A stretch of DNA of 64,000 nt from positions 160,001 to 224,000 of the IMG/VR virus record IMGVR_UViG_3300037067_027616. One strand, given 5' to 3'. This DNA comes from a virus. Taxonomy: Duplodnaviria > Caudoviricetes. Below the pieces are notes generated by a model. That model was not told the origin of the DNA, did not search any database, and worked only from the letters and a program-made list of their open reading frames with translations. Position 1 is the first letter of the stretch. Every line of letters starts with the position of its first letter. Shown piece by piece: positions 1-10,470 of this stretch. The translations under genes were made by a program, and so were the position numbers.

Positions 1-38
1 AACTTTCTTCGTATCTATCCAAGAAAAACACGGCACAG

Positions 39-1082
39 ATGAAGCTCAGCATGTATCAGACGCTTTATGATCGGCTCATGCAGGAGTCTGCGGCGTACAA
101 GGAATTTGTCGAAATCCCCGAGGATTTTGATACAAAACCCGTGATGGAGAGGGGCGAGGAAGATAAGGCTAAAGAGAAGATGGAACCTACCGAGCGCGAA
201 ACCCAGGCTATAACCGACCAATTCTACCGGGGGCTGTTCTGGTATCTGCAGGATTATTGGAAGACTCGGTCCGGCAAGGAGTCTATGTTTGGATCTCGCG
301 AATCTCCTGAATTCTCTAAACTGTATGATGCCACGAAAGCTATGGTCGGCGTACGCAGCACACCTGTCATACAGAAAGTCATACTCGCCGGGAGCCAGGC
401 GAGAAAGCATCTTCGTGATGTGAAGAACTCCATAAGAGGAATAGCAACCAAGTTGAAGAGGATCGATGTGGATCCTTCTGCAGTGATCGAGCGGATAAAG
501 AATCAATATGGGCTTTCCGACAAGAATTTCACAAGCATGGAAGACATCACAAAAGAAGAGGAACGCGTAAAAAGAAATATTCCTACAGAACCCACACAAA
601 CGACCGGGGTACACTTATACTTCCTCATGAAGTACCGTGACCAATTAGAGTCCCTGTTGGAGTCCAAGAACGCGATGTACGAGATCCTCCGCGAGGTAGT
701 GCCAGCAGAATACAAAGTATCTGTACTTGAGGCTATCAAATCAAAGACGGCCGACAAAAATCTCATAGGAGAAATTGACAAGCGCATAAAAATAATCAGG
801 GAGGACGCAGAGGCCTTGGCTGAAAGAAAAACCAAAGATGCGGAGAAAGACATCGGTAAGGCCGTGCTCAAAGGAATAGATACAGTAAAAAAATCTGAAA
901 TCCTTCAAGGGGCTATAGAAGAGACTCCACAATTGACAGAAGAATCAGTCGATGAGGAAGACAAGCAGGCCAGTTATATGAACCGTCCGGGATTCGACTT
1001 GGGTATCTTCTATGGTAAAGTCCTTCAAGACAAAATAGCGTCCATGGCCGCGCGGTATTTGAAGAATCGTTTGGAATCATAA
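39..1082 (+). CDS. Hypothetical phage protein (347 aa), C-terminal 'SMAARYL' motif
   Basis: Long ORF co-oriented with and abutting the next gene; no recognised family. Confidence 0.7.
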   Translation: MKLSMYQTLYDRLMQESAAYKEFVEIPEDFDTKPVMERGEEDKAKEKMEPTERETQAITDQFYRGLFWYLQDYWKTRSGKESMFGSRESPEFSKLYDATKAMVGVRSTPVIQKVILAGSQARKHLRDVKNSIRGIATKLKRIDVDPSAVIERIKNQYGLSDKNFTSMEDITKEEERVKRNIPTEPTQTTGVHLYFLMKYRDQLESLLESKNAMYEILREVVPAEYKVSVLEAIKSKTADKNLIGEIDKRIKIIREDAEALAERKTKDAEKDIGKAVLKGIDTVKKSEILQGAIEETPQLTEESVDEEDKQASYMNRPGFDLGIFYGKVLQDKIASMAARYLKNRLES

Positions 1083-1083
1083 C

Positions 1084-2628
1084 ATGAAGATTTTCTTGGA
1101 TCTTGATGGTGTTTTGACCGATTTTCAAAAATCGATGTGTGCATTGATGGGTGTGAAGCTTGACCGCGACAAGGTGTGGGACGATAGCAGGAAACTGTGG
1201 TCAAAAGTCGATGAAGAGGGTGAGAAATTCTGGACCGAGATGGAGTGGCAACCCGGGGGCAAGAATCTGTGGGAGGCTTTGAAGGAGTACACCCCTACCA
1301 TACTGTCATCGCCGACAAGGCACGAGTCGTCAAAGACGGGAAAACGTAAATGGGTGCGGGAAAATCTTGGTGATGACGTAAAGGTCATCTTGGAAACAAA
1401 AAAGGAGAAATACGCTTCACCCGATGCCATCCTTGTGGACGATAGGAAGAAGAATATCGCCAAATGGAAAGAGGCAGGCGGCATAGGCGTATTGCATACC
1501 GACCCCGATAAGACCATAGACAAGGTTAAAGAACTCATGTCAACAAACAAGGAAGCATCCAATATAAAGTACGTGGCGGATCCAAAAAATCCTACCAGGA
1601 GAATAGTGCTTGAAAAACTCCACGGGGGCAGGGGAACAAAGACGCACACCAATGAAACCGCGTACAAAAGAAAGCGTGAAAAGGATTGGCGCCAACACAC
1701 TGTAGAAGGTTCTCTACGCGTCGTCTTGGCCTATCTGTCCAAAGAGGAAGCCCTCGATAACTTCAAATTTAGATCGCACCCCGTAGTGATAGACCCTTAC
1801 GACGCTATCGTGCAGCAGGCTCTACAGAAAATGGGTCCTTCTGGCAGGAACGTTGACGTGGTGAAGCTTGAGCCTACCTGCCCCGGTGATAGAGTGGCTT
1901 GGGTAGCCAATGAAGATTTCTTCCAAGGAAAAAAGGATAGGAAAAGAGTCGTGCATCTCTGCCTAAACAAAATCAAATCAGATTTCAAAAAGGCACACGG
2001 CAAAGATTTCAATATGACCAACGCCGAGGATACCAAGAGGATGCGTGAGGTAGTCCTGTCCTACTTGAAAGACGTGGTGCTTCCGCATGAGGAAACTCAC
2101 ATCGAGCAGGAGACCAAAGGAGAAGGACAGTTTGGAGCATCGCCGGAGGTAGGCGCCGAGAGGGCGGAGGACTGGTCGAAACTTGAACAAATGGGTATTA
2201 AAAAGAAAGCTGGATTCTTTCCGGATAACTATGATCCAAAAAAGGGAGAATTCATCGGTAAACTAACACCTATATACACAGACAAACCCATGCGCCGAGA
2301 AGTTCCATTTTCCTTTAAAAGGTTGCGCACGGAAAACCTCAACTATGTTAGAAATGCCCTGTTGAAATTAAAGGACCAAAAAGCAACGAAAATATGGGAT
2401 GCCATAGAGTCTGGATTACAGGGTGACTACAGCCGGGAACAAGAAGAGGAACTCAAAAGAATCATACAGGAAGATGCCCGGGACTATAGCTTATCTGTCG
2501 GGGAACTGATAAATAATTTGTTTGGAAATACTAAGATAGAAGACCTCCGTTCATCCCCTGTTTATCAAGGGATAACCAGAAAATTTGCCCAAAGTGTAGT
2601 GATAAGATACCTCCATAAAAAAATGTAA
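1084..2628 (+). CDS. HAD-family 5'(3')-deoxyribonucleotidase-like domain fused to unknown domains, one with HExxH
   Basis: N-terminal IFLDLDGVL (DxD motif) and ILVDD; PHEETH in the second half. Confidence 0.75.
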   Translation: MKIFLDLDGVLTDFQKSMCALMGVKLDRDKVWDDSRKLWSKVDEEGEKFWTEMEWQPGGKNLWEALKEYTPTILSSPTRHESSKTGKRKWVRENLGDDVKVILETKKEKYASPDAILVDDRKKNIAKWKEAGGIGVLHTDPDKTIDKVKELMSTNKEASNIKYVADPKNPTRRIVLEKLHGGRGTKTHTNETAYKRKREKDWRQHTVEGSLRVVLAYLSKEEALDNFKFRSHPVVIDPYDAIVQQALQKMGPSGRNVDVVKLEPTCPGDRVAWVANEDFFQGKKDRKRVVHLCLNKIKSDFKKAHGKDFNMTNAEDTKRMREVVLSYLKDVVLPHEETHIEQETKGEGQFGASPEVGAERAEDWSKLEQMGIKKKAGFFPDNYDPKKGEFIGKLTPIYTDKPMRREVPFSFKRLRTENLNYVRNALLKLKDQKATKIWDAIESGLQGDYSREQEEELKRIIQEDARDYSLSVGELINNLFGNTKIEDLRSSPVYQGITRKFAQSVVIRYLHKKM

Positions 2629-2633
2629 GCGGT

Positions 2634-4094
2634 ATGTACTACACCAAACTATCGTCATACATAAGGAAAATCGCCGCCTCCGGTGGTGGTCCTATTCCTA
2701 AAAGGTCCTTCGGAAAAACAGGCCTCGATGTTACCATCCTCGGACTCGGGGGCGGCGCCGTTGTGGGTCTCAAAGGTAAAGAAAACGAGAGCAAAGCCGA
2801 AGGTGTGATCCGGGCTGCCTTGAGGTTCGGGGTCAATTACTTTGACACCTCTCCGGAGTACGGCCCCAGTGAGGTTCGTATAGGCTCCGCGTTGGGCAAG
2901 GATAGGCCTTCAGTCGTTTTGGCGACCAAGACCCATGACAGGACGAGGGATGGCTCCTTGAGGCTCCTAGAGGCCTCCTTAAAGGCCCTAAAGACCGACC
3001 ATGTTGATGTGTGGCAGATGCACCACATCGACCATGAAGATGAAGTAAAAATGGTACTAGCAAAGGATGGCGCTTTAAAGGCCCTGCAGGAGGCTAAATC
3101 GCAAGGTATGACACGTTATATAGGTGTCACCGGCCATTACGACCCAGCCCCCTTATCTGCCCTCATAAAGACGGGGGAATTGGACACGGCTCTGCTCGCC
3201 ATGAACGCCGCAGACGTACACGACCAACACAGTTTCATAAAAGGAGTCCTTCCATCGGCTATAAAAGCCAGGCTTGGCGTGGTGTGCATGAAGGTCGCGA
3301 GCATGGGAAGGATATTTAACCCTTGGAATCTCAATAACATACGTGACGCTCTTTATTATTGTCTCAGTCTTCCTGTGTCCACGGCAATCATCGGGGTGGA
3401 TGACGAGGATCAACTTGCAGAGAACGTGACATTAGTTAAAATGTTTGAGAAGCTATCCGATGACGAAATGGGTCGCATCCACGATCTCACTGAAGAATAC
3501 CATGAAATTGCTAATTTCTTCAGGAAGGGTCACGAGGTTCACAACCCTTTCTGGAAGCCCTACGGTTACCAGGGAAAAAAAGCATCCGATAAAGGAAAAA
3601 GGTTGATCATACTTCGAGGTATAAGTGGCACGGGCAAGTCGACCTTGGCGAGGGATCTCGAGCGTGAACACAAGACGAAGGCGCTCGGGTCAGACGACTT
3701 TTTCATGAAGGGCGGGAAGTACATCTATGACATGGCCAAGCTTTCGGAGGCCCACTCTTGGAACCAGCAGAGGGTACGCGAAACGATGAAGCGTGGTGAC
3801 CCCGTAGTCATTGTTGATAACACGAACACACAAGCTTGGGAGATGAAGCCGTACGTGCAGGCCGCCAAGGAATTTGGGTACTCTGTAGAATTCAAGGAGC
3901 CCGGTTGGTCGCCGAAACTCAAGGACGAGCAAGGCAAATGGAATGTCGACTTCATTGAAAAATTGCAAAGAAACAAAGATAGATCAAACATAGGAAAAAC
4001 GATACCGCGCGAGGTGCTGGAGAGAATGCGCGACAGGTACCAATATGGGGTTACTGAAGAAGACGTACTCAAATCCCAAATGCCAGAAATTTGA
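2634..4094 (+). CDS. Aldo/keto reductase fused to a P-loop (AAA_33/N4BP2-like) kinase
   Basis: GVNYFDTSPEYG and VVLATK (AKR motifs); LRGISGTGKST, VIVDNTN and MKPY in the C-terminal domain. Confidence 0.85.
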   Translation: MYYTKLSSYIRKIAASGGGPIPKRSFGKTGLDVTILGLGGGAVVGLKGKENESKAEGVIRAALRFGVNYFDTSPEYGPSEVRIGSALGKDRPSVVLATKTHDRTRDGSLRLLEASLKALKTDHVDVWQMHHIDHEDEVKMVLAKDGALKALQEAKSQGMTRYIGVTGHYDPAPLSALIKTGELDTALLAMNAADVHDQHSFIKGVLPSAIKARLGVVCMKVASMGRIFNPWNLNNIRDALYYCLSLPVSTAIIGVDDEDQLAENVTLVKMFEKLSDDEMGRIHDLTEEYHEIANFFRKGHEVHNPFWKPYGYQGKKASDKGKRLIILRGISGTGKSTLARDLEREHKTKALGSDDFFMKGGKYIYDMAKLSEAHSWNQQRVRETMKRGDPVVIVDNTNTQAWEMKPYVQAAKEFGYSVEFKEPGWSPKLKDEQGKWNVDFIEKLQRNKDRSNIGKTIPREVLERMRDRYQYGVTEEDVLKSQMPEI

Positions 4095-4118
4095 CACCCT
4101 CCCAAAAAAGGATTTGAC

Positions 4119-4580
4119 ATGCGCATTACTGATTACCTCGACAGGATAGCGAGTGACCTTGAATCAAAAGGCCTGTTCAAAGAAGCTTACGATATTGATA
4201 TACTCGCCAACACACTTGACCTCATGACTCAACACGCCAAGGTCACCGAGCGCGAAAGGATGGAAGAACTCAACTATGCCGGGCAGTATATTTCGGCAAC
4301 CCGGCCTAATCTCGCTATGCAGTCCTTCTTGGATTATTGGGGGCCGGAGTACGGCCCGACAATTTATGACTTGGCGAAGAGGAAAGCATCCGGCGACACA
4401 AACCCTGGTCTTTTCCAAAATTGGCAGACGGTCGTGGGGAAGGCAAGGCAATCCAAATCGGTAAGAAGGCAATTGACCCCGGAGCAAACTTCACAGGATC
4501 CCTTCATGTCACAAGCGGAACGTGAAAAACTTCGTAGGCCCGTTCAACAAAAAGATGATGTTTTTACTAGAAGTGAATAG
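4119..4580 (+). CDS. Hypothetical protein with repeated 'LDxIAxxLExxG..KEA..D...NT' motif
   Basis: LDRIASDLESKGLFKEAYDIDILANTLD, shared with six other ORFs in the window. Confidence 0.7.
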   Translation: MRITDYLDRIASDLESKGLFKEAYDIDILANTLDLMTQHAKVTERERMEELNYAGQYISATRPNLAMQSFLDYWGPEYGPTIYDLAKRKASGDTNPGLFQNWQTVVGKARQSKSVRRQLTPEQTSQDPFMSQAEREKLRRPVQQKDDVFTRSE

Positions 4581-4605
4581 AATCCCTGCCGAGGTCAAGG
4601 CTTTT

Positions 4606-6396
4606 TCAGACAAGTTCCTCAAAAGGTGGGGCTTTTAACGGAAGACCTTTTTCCCTATCCTCTTGTTTCTTTTTGGTTTTTTGTAAAATTTCAGAGTCAA
4701 CTTTATTCTTCAATATTTTCTCCCAGCCTTTTCTTGAAGCCATCTCGCCAAGTATCTTTCGAGCCTCCGCCGCGCGTTGGCGTTCGTCCATGTTGTCAAA
4801 GTGCCCTTCTAAAAGCTTCTTTTTTAGTATTGCTTTTATTTCCCCAACTACAGGGCCTTTTGTAACTTCTGAAAATTCCGCCATGATTTCATCGCCGGAC
4901 ATGGGATCTATATACCGATACGACCCTCCGGAGGGCGCCAGCAATCCTTTTTTGATGTCATCATCCTTGAGTCTTTTTAAGTCTTGTTTAATTTTGTCGA
5001 TCCTTGATTTTTCAGTATCATCGAGAGCTTGATCAGCCTCGATGACAGCAAGAGCGTCATCAAGGTCATTGAAAACACACTGCAGGAAAGTCCTCAAAAG
5101 CATCGATGATTCTTGGGGCGTTTTCGGATCCTTGGTAAAAGCCATATGCGAATGTATTATTTTGGTAATAGAATCAATATCCTCGTTATCGTACGTAAGT
5201 TCTTTGAGGGCTTTTCTTGCCAAATCTACGCCGTATTCAGCGTGTTCTGCGAAATATACGACGGGCTTTCCTTGTTTGTTGATTGCCTTTTTCTCGGTTA
5301 AAAGCTTGCCGATGTCATGGAACAAAGCTGCAAGTCGTGCTTTTTTGGAACCCGGAGTCTTTTTTATAACATCAAGGGTATGTTCCCACACGTTCTCCCC
5401 ATGATGCCATTTTCTTGATGCATCGTGATATACATCGAGCATTTTAGATAAAGTGGGTGATACAAAATCGAGGACACCCATGTCACGCATAAGATCTAGC
5501 CCTTCTGCTGCGACATTCCCATCAGGGTGTTCGAGTATTTTGTTTAATTCTTCACGGATTCTTTCTGGTTTTACTTTGTCTTTTATGATCTCTTTTCCTT
5601 CTTGAGTCTTTGCGAAACGCTTTATGAATTCCTCCGTACTCGGGTCAAATTCAAAATTAGGAAGTTTTCCTTTGAAGCGAATTATGCGGAAAATTCGCAA
5701 TGGGTCGTCTTTGTATATCTGAACCATGCCCCCTGGATGAGGGGGTGGTTTCAGAATTTTTTTCTTTAGATCTTCAACACCGCCGACGAAATCCTTTATT
5801 TCTCCGGACGCGACGTCTTGGTATATGGCGTTCACAGTTAAGTCGCGCCTTTTTGCATCATCTTCAAGTGTGGTATACTTCACGTAGGAAGGTCCACGTC
5901 CTTTGATATAGGGTCCCTCAAGCCGCGGGGGTGTCATTTCAATGACATACCCTGACACATCGATGCCATCGTAAACGAATGGCTGTTGCTTTTCTCGTGG
6001 CTGGACAAGGGCAAGAGTCCAAATGCCATACTGCTCCTTGAGTACCGCCGGGTTGTTAGGGGTTGTGATCCCCAAAGCATCGCCTAATTTTTTTGTGAAT
6101 ATCTCTGCGGCTTTCATGTCGTCTTCTGGGGAGTCCACGACAAGATCTATATCTTTGGGATTCGTGTTCAACATCTTGTCCCGCACGTATCCACCGACAG
6201 CGTAGACTTTGCCTTTGTATTCGGGGAGAGTAGTCGTGACCATGTCTTTCAGAAGCTTTTCTACAGCCTTCGTTTGTGTCGCCTTATCCTCTTTGGACTT
6301 ACGGATTTCGGTTACCGTATGTGCCGTTTGCTTCTGAAGATATGCCAACACTACTCTTATCGAATCTCCCATAGCATCTTTATCCTTGTTATTCAT
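4606..6396 (-). CDS. cca: CCA-adding tRNA nucleotidyltransferase / poly(A) polymerase family with HD domain
   Basis: VGGYVRD, DID, DAKRRDLTVNA, DDPLRIFR, ERIREEL; VWEHT...LFHDIGK. Confidence 0.9.
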   Translation of the reverse strand: MNNKDKDAMGDSIRVVLAYLQKQTAHTVTEIRKSKEDKATQTKAVEKLLKDMVTTTLPEYKGKVYAVGGYVRDKMLNTNPKDIDLVVDSPEDDMKAAEIFTKKLGDALGITTPNNPAVLKEQYGIWTLALVQPREKQQPFVYDGIDVSGYVIEMTPPRLEGPYIKGRGPSYVKYTTLEDDAKRRDLTVNAIYQDVASGEIKDFVGGVEDLKKKILKPPPHPGGMVQIYKDDPLRIFRIIRFKGKLPNFEFDPSTEEFIKRFAKTQEGKEIIKDKVKPERIREELNKILEHPDGNVAAEGLDLMRDMGVLDFVSPTLSKMLDVYHDASRKWHHGENVWEHTLDVIKKTPGSKKARLAALFHDIGKLLTEKKAINKQGKPVVYFAEHAEYGVDLARKALKELTYDNEDIDSITKIIHSHMAFTKDPKTPQESSMLLRTFLQCVFNDLDDALAVIEADQALDDTEKSRIDKIKQDLKRLKDDDIKKGLLAPSGGSYRYIDPMSGDEIMAEFSEVTKGPVVGEIKAILKKKLLEGHFDNMDERQRAAEARKILGEMASRKGWEKILKNKVDSEILQKTKKKQEDREKGLPLKAPPFEELV

Positions 6397-6563
6397 GATT
6401 CATGAATTGAAGAAAAACGTGAAGCACGGATTTATTAGCCTCAATGCGGTCTTCAAATTTCTCACACGAAGGTGTTTCCGTGCACGCAAAGTACGGCACG
6501 CCTTCTTTTGACACCATGTCTTCGAAGGATCCGTCATGGACTTTGTACTCTATATAGTCGCGC

Positions 6564-7190
6564 TCATGTTTTTGTCACCTTCAAACATTCCCCAGCATCG
6601 GAATATACCAAAGTTTCAACCCCGTGTGCCTTTAATTCCCGGAGCACAAGGGGATCGTAACCTGCACATATTGTCACAGGTATCACATGCGAGTACAGAT
6701 GGTAGTGAAGTCGCAGCATCATGTACATACGGTATTTAAGTATCTGACCTATCAAGTCATGCTCCCCTACACGCACCTTCACTTCAGTCGGGTAAACGGT
6801 GTCATCCGACCTGTAGAGCATGTCCACCCGGCCGTGCGGAGGACAAGGATGTTCGAGGTTCTCAAGCCACACGGGCTGACCGAGTATTTCCCTTATGTCC
6901 CCAAGAGCTTCGGAATGGATCCTCTTGACGATGCTGTCCTGCTTCGAATTGGCGCCCTCCGCCTTGTCGGTCGCAAAAGGGGACTCATCGACCCAGGCCT
7001 TGTCGGAGATCAACCCTGTCGACAAAGCGTTCCGTATCTTCTTCAACTCTTTGTATTGGTTCTCGGAAAGAACGGTAGGGGTGCCTTTTGACCGATACTC
7101 CTCCCGGAGCATGTCAAGGTACAAAGAGGCATACTTTCGGCTGCCCTTCAAATATGAATAAAGGCACATGTAGTAGAGGGTATCTATCAA
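6564..7190 (-). CDS. PD-(D/E)xK nuclease-family protein (NucS C-terminal-like)
   Basis: GRVDML...EVK...IGQILKY pattern. Confidence 0.55.
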   Translation of the reverse strand: MIDTLYYMCLYSYLKGSRKYASLYLDMLREEYRSKGTPTVLSENQYKELKKIRNALSTGLISDKAWVDESPFATDKAEGANSKQDSIVKRIHSEALGDIREILGQPVWLENLEHPCPPHGRVDMLYRSDDTVYPTEVKVRVGEHDLIGQILKYRMYMMLRLHYHLYSHVIPVTICAGYDPLVLRELKAHGVETLVYSDAGECLKVTKT

Positions 7191-7251
7191 AACAGCCTAC
7201 CTGTAAAAGTGACTTACAGGTAGGCCAGAAAATTAAGAGGTAATTATTCGA

Positions 7252-8487
7252 CTATTTTGCTGATGGGTACTTGTAGATGTCCCCTAAATAATTTTTCAAA
7301 AACGTCTGTGTGGAATTGTGGTGTACCTCATTGTCGTCCATGATAGGTACCTTGCCTCCCCCTCCCGGGGCGTCCACCACGTAAGTAGGCACTGCGTACC
7401 CACTTATCCGTCCGCGCATGTCGGACACTATCTTCCTGCCTGTTGCGATCATTGTTCTGAAATGGCTGGATCCAAGTATCGGATCGCATTGGTATAGATA
7501 ATATGGTCGTACGCGCCGGCGCATCAACTCCGTGCACAATTTGCTTATAACAGACACGTTGTCGTTGATACCTTTAAGAAGGACTGTTTGGCTCCCCAAC
7601 GGGATACCTGCATCGGCAAGCATGGCCAATGCCTGTGTGGATTCATTCGTAAGTTCATGTGGATGCGTGACATGCACGCTCATCCAAACAGGATGGAACT
7701 TGGAGATGAGCTTGCACAACGCCGGGGTTATTCTTTGGGGGAGTACCATAGGCACCTTCGTACCTATCCTGATAACCTCTACGTGTGGTATGCTCCGGAA
7801 TAGTTCTAACAATTTGAAAAGGCGGGCGTCAGTCATTGTGAGAGGGTCACCACCAGAGAGTATAACATCCCGCACTTCTGGATGTTCCCTGACGTAATCT
7901 GCGCACCTTTTCCACCTTGCCTCGTCTGGCCTTGCACACGAGGATCTTCCACCCACCAAACGAGACCTGGTGCAGTACCGACAATAACAGGAACACATGT
8001 CGGTGGTCATGACGAGGACTCTATCAGGATAACGGTGCACGAGTCCGTCAACGGGAGATTGTTTGTCCTCGTGCAAGGGGTCACTTTCCTCCCCTTCAGA
8101 GAATAATAGTTCCATTTTGCTTGGAACCATGCACTTTCGTAAGGGGTCGTTTCTGTCGTTTGGATCCATCAAAGACAAGTAATAGGGGGTAACAGCCATA
8201 GGCATATCTGCCTCATGATCTGTATCCCATTCGGAAAAACCGAATTTTTTCAAATCTGATGTGCTTCTAACGGTATTGCGGATTTGCCATCTCCAATCGT
8301 TCCAATCTTTATTAGAGGACTCTGGGAAGTTCCTCTCACGGAACGATGCCGTTTTTATCTTTTCTTCTTGTATGGTTGTTGTAAGGGTACTACCCGGAGG
8401 CTCCGAGTATGAAACTTCGTCCGAACCCATCTTTCTACACTCCTTGTGTGCTTGCCTTAAGCTGTCAATCGTTACTGCAAAATACAC
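7252..8487 (-). CDS. kamA: KamA-family radical SAM lysine 2,3-aminomutase
   Basis: HRYPDRVL, CSCYCRYCTR, SGGDPL, PYYLYQCD, DAPGGGGKVP. Confidence 0.92.
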   Translation of the reverse strand: MYFAVTIDSLRQAHKECRKMGSDEVSYSEPPGSTLTTTIQEEKIKTASFRERNFPESSNKDWNDWRWQIRNTVRSTSDLKKFGFSEWDTDHEADMPMAVTPYYLSLMDPNDRNDPLRKCMVPSKMELLFSEGEESDPLHEDKQSPVDGLVHRYPDRVLVMTTDMCSCYCRYCTRSRLVGGRSSCARPDEARWKRCADYVREHPEVRDVILSGGDPLTMTDARLFKLLELFRSIPHVEVIRIGTKVPMVLPQRITPALCKLISKFHPVWMSVHVTHPHELTNESTQALAMLADAGIPLGSQTVLLKGINDNVSVISKLCTELMRRRVRPYYLYQCDPILGSSHFRTMIATGRKIVSDMRGRISGYAVPTYVVDAPGGGGKVPIMDDNEVHHNSTQTFLKNYLGDIYKYPSAK

Positions 8488-8536
8488 ATAGTGCGGCGTA
8501 TTAGCAATGTATTACTTTATTATTTTTGTAAATGTT

Positions 8537-9445
8537 TCAGAAAGGTCTATCATCAAGTTGCAGAACGACTAAATTAAGGTCACGCCAATTTGCACAGACC
8601 GATGGACGGTCATCCACCACGTAGCGAACGTCATATTTCCCGGCAACGTTGGCCTCGTACAGTTCACGTTTGACAGTGGTATCCGGCCTTGAATCCCCCG
8701 TAACGCGCATGAAAAAAGGTCCATCAGACGGCAACCCGGCTACATCGGAGAGCCATTGGCACGTGCCTGTGCGCCACTTGTCTTCCCTACCGGACATGAA
8801 AATAAGAGCATGCCCGGCATCCATAAGTAGTTTGACCAAAGTTACAACGTGCGCGAACGGGACATCCTCCATCAATCGGGATCCATCATAGGGGTTCCTG
8901 ATGCCCCGAGACAAGGCCAGCGTCCCATCGATGTCCACAATGATAGCCTTTGGAAGGCCTGGGATGTCCACAGGCGCCGAGTATGGCTCGATGGGGTAGT
9001 ATTGAGTCCGGCATTCGATGTGCTTTCCTTTCACATGCTTGCGGTGCATATCACGGATTATCTGCTCCGGCACGCGCTCGGACTCGGGTCGACCCTCATT
9101 ACGACGTATGGCTTCGTTCAAGTCTACATCAAAATACTTCTCGACTACCATGACATCGCCCACGCGTTTGGCGATGCGACACATGCTGTCCCAATGTTTA
9201 TCGGAGAAGTTAGTGTCATCCACGATGACATCGAAATCTCGGAGTAGCGACCTTTGGACGGCGTAATCCCGGATGTCGAGCATGAACCGTTCTTGCGCCG
9301 GGGACCAAGCCTCCCCATCAAGCATGGCGCGGAGGAGATCCTTGTTGACGCGCTTGAACCTTTTAGGGCTCCTACGCATCTCCTCTTTCGTCCACGTACT
9401 TTTTCCACTGGCTGGAATTCCTTTAGTCATTATGATGGTTCGCAT
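8537..9445 (-). CDS. pseT: T4 PseT-like polynucleotide 5'-kinase/3'-phosphatase
   Basis: GIPASGKST P-loop, VIVDDTN, IIVDIDGTL, VDDRPSV; start taken at MRTIIMT. Confidence 0.9.
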   Translation of the reverse strand: MRTIIMTKGIPASGKSTWTKEEMRRSPKRFKRVNKDLLRAMLDGEAWSPAQERFMLDIRDYAVQRSLLRDFDVIVDDTNFSDKHWDSMCRIAKRVGDVMVVEKYFDVDLNEAIRRNEGRPESERVPEQIIRDMHRKHVKGKHIECRTQYYPIEPYSAPVDIPGLPKAIIVDIDGTLALSRGIRNPYDGSRLMEDVPFAHVVTLVKLLMDAGHALIFMSGREDKWRTGTCQWLSDVAGLPSDGPFFMRVTGDSRPDTTVKRELYEANVAGKYDVRYVVDDRPSVCANWRDLNLVVLQLDDRPF

Positions 9446-10470
9446 GCTTGACCCCTTGCCAAACCGTTTGGCTTTACAGGTTTGCTTAACCAATGTTCAT
9501 CGGTTTGTACGTGGTTCTTTCTAACTAGTTTTGCCGTACTCCTTGAAAACGCCTCATATCTGAAATCAGAGGCAAGTCTTACCACGTATCCTTCAACAGG
9601 GTCGGGGCTGGCGGCACAATATTTCTCAAAGGATCTATCTACGAACTCCCTCCCCCATACTTCATGATAGAACACGGGTACTGTTTGAAGCCCTAGCAAT
9701 TTAGAATAGGTGGCTGTATCGTGCCAAGAAAGGCACCTGTTAAGGTCATCCCATATCGAGTAAACGAGAAAAAAAGAGGGGAGATTTTTGTAGGCTATGC
9801 TGTGTTCGGCATACAGGTTCTCCCCACAAACACGCCATTTTTTTGGGATATCATGTTTGATTGACCCGTGAAGGGCATGTACCCAATCGCGGCTTGGGTG
9901 CGGTCCGGAGTTTACCGATCGTGCAAATACCTTTTCTTGAGTCATCGTGGTACACTCACCGTCCATCTTCACCGTAGCCACCACTTCCTTGCCGTCAAAC
10001 AAGTTGTCGTCTTTATGCATCCTGTCATCGTTTTGGACATTTGGGGAATACGAAAAATGATACGTGCGGGGGTATTTGATGTTCCATGTGAATGAATCAA
10101 GCACTCCACCATCTTTCAAAGCTATCCGGACGCTGTCCTTCAAGAACAAGGGTCCTGGATAGCGGACGCCTGTAGGTTCCACCACATTTCCCCAGTGGTC
10201 GTATTCGTTCTCCTCATCGAAACCAGGAGGACATACACGTGACTTGATACCCGCTTTTTCCCGGAGCACGGAACACGGAATAACAGTCCGTTCTGCATCG
10301 AGGTGACAACGTTCGCACAAAGTTACTCCGTTTTCGGTGTAATACCCACCATCGGGCCACAAGCTTCTATCCATCAAGTGGTGCACGGCCGTACCGCGCG
10401 CCGGACACCCCACGCAGAGTCCCTGGTCGCGTTTCCTCACAGCTATGTTGAATTCATCCCTTGTTGGCAT
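9430..10470 (-). CDS. HNH domain fused to ATP-dependent RNA ligase
   Basis: N-terminal RD..CVGC...HH...N..TLC..CH; KYPRTYH, KMDGE, CGENLYA, EGYVVR. Confidence 0.8.
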   Translation of the reverse strand: MPTRDEFNIAVRKRDQGLCVGCPARGTAVHHLMDRSLWPDGGYYTENGVTLCERCHLDAERTVIPCSVLREKAGIKSRVCPPGFDEENEYDHWGNVVEPTGVRYPGPLFLKDSVRIALKDGGVLDSFTWNIKYPRTYHFSYSPNVQNDDRMHKDDNLFDGKEVVATVKMDGECTTMTQEKVFARSVNSGPHPSRDWVHALHGSIKHDIPKKWRVCGENLYAEHSIAYKNLPSFFLVYSIWDDLNRCLSWHDTATYSKLLGLQTVPVFYHEVWGREFVDRSFEKYCAASPDPVEGYVVRLASDFRYEAFSRSTAKLVRKNHVQTDEHWLSKPVKPNGLARGQACEPS

